Assembly: GCF_963921235.1 (NCBI RefSeq)
Contig: NC_086102.1
Coordinates: 34,782,001-34,846,000, forward strand
DNA length: 64,000 bases
DNA from: Mobula hypostoma
Taxonomy: Eukaryota
Direction of reading: 5' to 3'
This document shows, in pieces, positions 63,718 through 64,000 of the stretch. The notes below the pieces were generated by a model. That model was not told where the DNA came from. It made no database searches and saw only the letters and a program-made list of their open reading frames with translations. Both the position numbers and the translations under genes were made by a program. Every line of letters begins with the position of its first letter. Position 1 is the first letter of the stretch.

Positions 63718-64000
63718 CATCGTTTCCACTGATGCTGCCCAACCTGCTGAGTTCATCCAGTGTACTGTAAATCCAGAAAATCTGCTTGTCTAATGCAATA
63801 TGTGTGGCTATTGTTTTGGAAGCTTTGAAAGAAAGTAGATAGAATTATTCCAGAGACCACGATGGTGTTTGAAAGGATGTTGTTAAAAGTGATGAGAAGA
63901 AAGTCAGAATGGCCAATGCAACAGGAGATTCATTGGGGACTTTCAGATGTCTAGGTCAGTCTCTGAATGCAATCTAATTTTAGGTACTGTTATAATCCAG

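Larger units (their letters stand above)
62957..63769. mobile_element. Chimeric palindromic PLE insertion with four HHR motifs
   Basis: Arms 62999-63382 and 63387-63770; TSD AATCCAGAAAATCT at 62943-62956 and 63770-63783. Confidence 0.93.

Noticed and set aside
62999-63770. Palindrome as a fold-back sequencing or assembly artefact
   Set aside because: Arms differ mostly at CpG-type sites, flanks are unique, and a 14-bp TSD encloses it; read confirmation is still advisable
63037-63793. Duplicated 61-82 aa ORFs on both strands
   Set aside because: Products of the non-coding PLE palindrome, not genes; similar peptides recur at every PLE terminus

Overview
Vertebrate genomic DNA; the repeat landscape suggests a cartilaginous fish, probably a ray (inference). 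It holds two complete minus-strand genes reconstructed by hand with GT-AG junctions and consistent phases: ZBTB11 (11 coding exons, 15768-37872, 1080 aa) and RPL24 (6 coding exons, 44387-60551, 157 aa). A probable first coding exon of CEP97 (60788-60839, +) lies head-to-head with RPL24. The rest is largely transposon-derived: CR1 LINEs (one near full length), Rex1/Babar-like LINE ends, hAT/Charlie and pogo/Tigger relics, a solo LTR and many Penelope-like element (PLE) fragments. The most striking signal is that the PLE terminal repeats carry a minimal type I hammerhead ribozyme (HHR) motif, with roughly 15 intact or decayed copies. They recur as head-to-head inverted pairs bounded by 11-14 bp target-site duplications (TSDs). 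The extreme case is a 772-bp near-perfect palindrome (62999-63770) built from two PLE subfamilies, with four hammerheads, inserted as one unit. Repeat boundaries are approximate unless a TSD or terminal inverted repeat (TIR) is quoted; family names come from motif recognition, not database searches.
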